Positions 61,983 through 64,000 of a stretch of 64,000 nucleotides of DNA are shown one piece after another. The position numbers and the translations under genes are program-made. The notes beneath the pieces were generated by a model. It worked only from the letters and a program-made list of their open reading frames with translations. It was not told the DNA's origin and did not search any database. This DNA comes from Amoebidium appalachense (Eukaryota; Protista; Ichthyosporea), in contig CAVNZM010000001.1 in NCBI GenBank assembly GCA_963693365.1, positions 13,316,418 through 13,380,417 on the forward strand, read 5' to 3'. Position 1 is the first letter of the stretch. Each line of letters begins with the position of its first letter.

Positions 61983-63797
61983 GAGACAGAGAGAGAGAGA
62001 CGAGACAGAGAGGGAGAGAGAGAGAGAAAGAGAGAGAGGTGCGAGAAAGGAGCGGAGGGGGGGGAGGGGGGGGGGGGGGGGGAGAAGGAAAACCTCTCGT
62101 ATGATACACCGTATGTAGGTCACAAGCCTTCGGAAAATCCAGGTGCCAGTGGCAGTGGCCCATGTCATGCAAAATTAAATCCTGTGTTCCCAGCGGCACT
62201 TGGCACTGCCAGGCTAACGGTTTGTGTGTGTAGCTGTGCGTGTGTGTGCGTGTGTGTGTGCACACGTGTGCGACTGTGCGTGTGCGTGTGCATGCGCGTG
62301 TGTGTAGGTGTGAGCAGGTGTGTCCGTGTTTGTGCATGTGTGAGGGTGTGCGTGCGAGTTGTGCGTGTGTGCGCGTGCGTGTGTGCGTGCGTGTGCGGCG
62401 TGTGTGTATGTGTGTGCATGCGGATGTGCGTGCGTGTGTGCGTGTGTGGGTGTTTGTTTTCGTGTGTGTGACTGTGTGTGCGTGCGTGTTTGGGTGTGTA
62501 TGTGTGAAACTGTGTGTGTGTGTGTGTGTGTATGTGCGTGTTTGCGCGCGCGCGCGCGCGCGTGTGTGTGTGTACACACGCGTGCGTATGTGTGTGCGTG
62601 TGTGCGTGTGTGTGTGTACACACGCGTGCGTATGTGTGTGCGTGTGTGCGTGTGTGCGTGTGTGCGTGTGTGCGTGTGTTAGGCCCTGCTTGGAGCCGGA
62701 ACCTCATCAAATCCTACCATGCATGTCGATAATAAATGATGAAACAGCACATCTCCCCCTCTAAAGCACCCACCGTAACAGTTTCCACTTCATTTCCCGA
62801 CGCCAGCTGACTCGCGCGCCCGGAGCTGCTGCGCGGCCAACAAAACACGTGTAGGCAACTCAAGTGCGGTAGGCCGGTGGTAGACAGGTGGCTCACAAAA
62901 ATTTAACCCAAACGCACTGATTGGTTGATGGAAACCAAATGGGTCGTCGTGGTTGGTTTGTTTTCATTGGTTGTAAAGTGATTACTGAAAAAGGCTATAC
63001 TGAAAGTTCGGGCGTACGTTACATACATAGTACTGCATTCAGAAAGATAGGAATACGGAACAATATCCACTTTGTTATTCAACCATATATTTTCATGCTG
63101 TGTCGGGTCGGTTATCTAGTTAAAGCAGCCAGACCAGGGAGTCAAGTGACTCAAGTGCAACGTGCCAAAAACGTGGATTTTAACTCGTCAACCATTCGCT
63201 GTTTATCACGTAACCGCATCACCGTGTTGCTCTTTTCCCTTTTTGCTCAACCATAAAAAGCAAACTCCTTTTTCCGAAAACATCAATTCCTCGCTCACGA
63301 TCGGTTAAACACATCACATTACCCTTCGGCCTTTTTAACTCATGAGGGTGTCACTTTCATCAATCATTTTCTGTTCGAAAAGAAAGAGGTAGGGATCCCT
63401 CTAGTTGTGCACAATCAAGAGAACAGGTTTGAGATGCACATTTTTCAACCATACACAAAAAAAACTGTGGGCTTATCGGATTTTTTGGACGTTTCACCAA
63501 GTCTTTTGCAACTATTGTTCCCTTATACATGTGTCTTTTTGCTTCTCAAACCAAGTGACATTCGCTCACACGTGCAACAAACAATAATCTGCCGTTTCTT
63601 CAGCTAGAAAAATTGGCTGCACTTTTGATTCTTATGCAAGTCACTTGTGTCACTTCTCCACGTCTATTCATACCCTCGAAGTTGGGACAATTTTTTCACT
63701 GTTACTAACCCGTTTTCCTCGCAACCCACAGAACACCATCCTCCTACAACAGCACACACCATATACACATAATTCCCTTCAACAATTCCACAAGAAA

Positions 63798-64000
63798 ATG
63801 GTTGCCCCAAGCGAAAGCAAAGCCTCTGCCTACGCGGAGGGCCCCACAGCTACTCGACGGCTGTCATACATCGGTGCGTCCATGAGAAATTTGGCAACCA
63901 AAAACATGTATCATGACTCTACAATTTGCAGCGTCATGTACCTTGAAGAGCCCATGCCGGTCGAGCAGCTTCGGCAACTTGCCGCGAAAACATTTGCCAA
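63798..64000 (+). CDS. 5' end of a probable wax ester synthase/DGAT-like (condensation-fold) O-acyltransferase (partial)
   Basis: Open frame to the window end: MVAPSESK...RRLSYIGASMRNL...STICSVMYLEEPMPVEQLRQLAAKTFA, resembling the WS/DGAT N-terminal RLS...I..V..F..P...E.LR pattern. The HHxxxDG motif is not in the window. Confidence 0.45.
   Translation, partial: MVAPSESKASAYAEGPTATRRLSYIGASMRNLATKNMYHDSTICSVMYLEEPMPVEQLRQLAAKTFA

Noticed and set aside
60168-62688. hAT-like element bounded by CAGGGCC...GGCCCTG
   Set aside because: Only 7 bp of inverted match and no 8-bp target-site duplication.

Overview
Intron-rich eukaryotic genomic DNA with GT-AG introns filled with (CA)n/(GT)n/(CT)n/poly-C/poly-G tracts. 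A receptor tyrosine kinase fold in a non-animal-looking architecture suggests a unicellular holozoan such as an ichthyosporean (inference). Almost all supplied ORFs are microsatellite artefacts, so I rebuilt the genes by hand from splice sites and reading phase. (1) 240-22671 (+), 28 exons, 5'-partial: a single-pass receptor with >=9 EGF repeats, a ~640-aa sequon-dense hexapeptide (left-handed beta-helix-like) ectodomain, a TM helix, a catalytically dead tyrosine-kinase domain (HRD->HQA, DFG->HFA) and a Tyr-rich tail. (2) 23.4-27.6 kb: two TA-flanked Tc1/mariner-type TIR elements, each carrying an ORF that resembles the C-terminus of the MORN protein at 38.3 kb; together they bracket an orphan ORF and a 31-bp tandem array. 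(3) 28-34.8 kb: a mosaic of duplicated modules enclosing a decayed LINE RT and a DIRS/Ngaro-like gag. (4) An intronless MORN-repeat gene. (5) A myristoylation-motif LRR + BC-box + Cys/His gene (LRRC58-like). (6) A DEP-domain gene. (7) The start of a probable WS/DGAT-like acyltransferase. Intron-level patterns include complementary GT/G-rich 5' and CA/C-rich 3' halves, and tandem echoes of splice junctions. No database searches or folding computations were run; all alignments are by eye.
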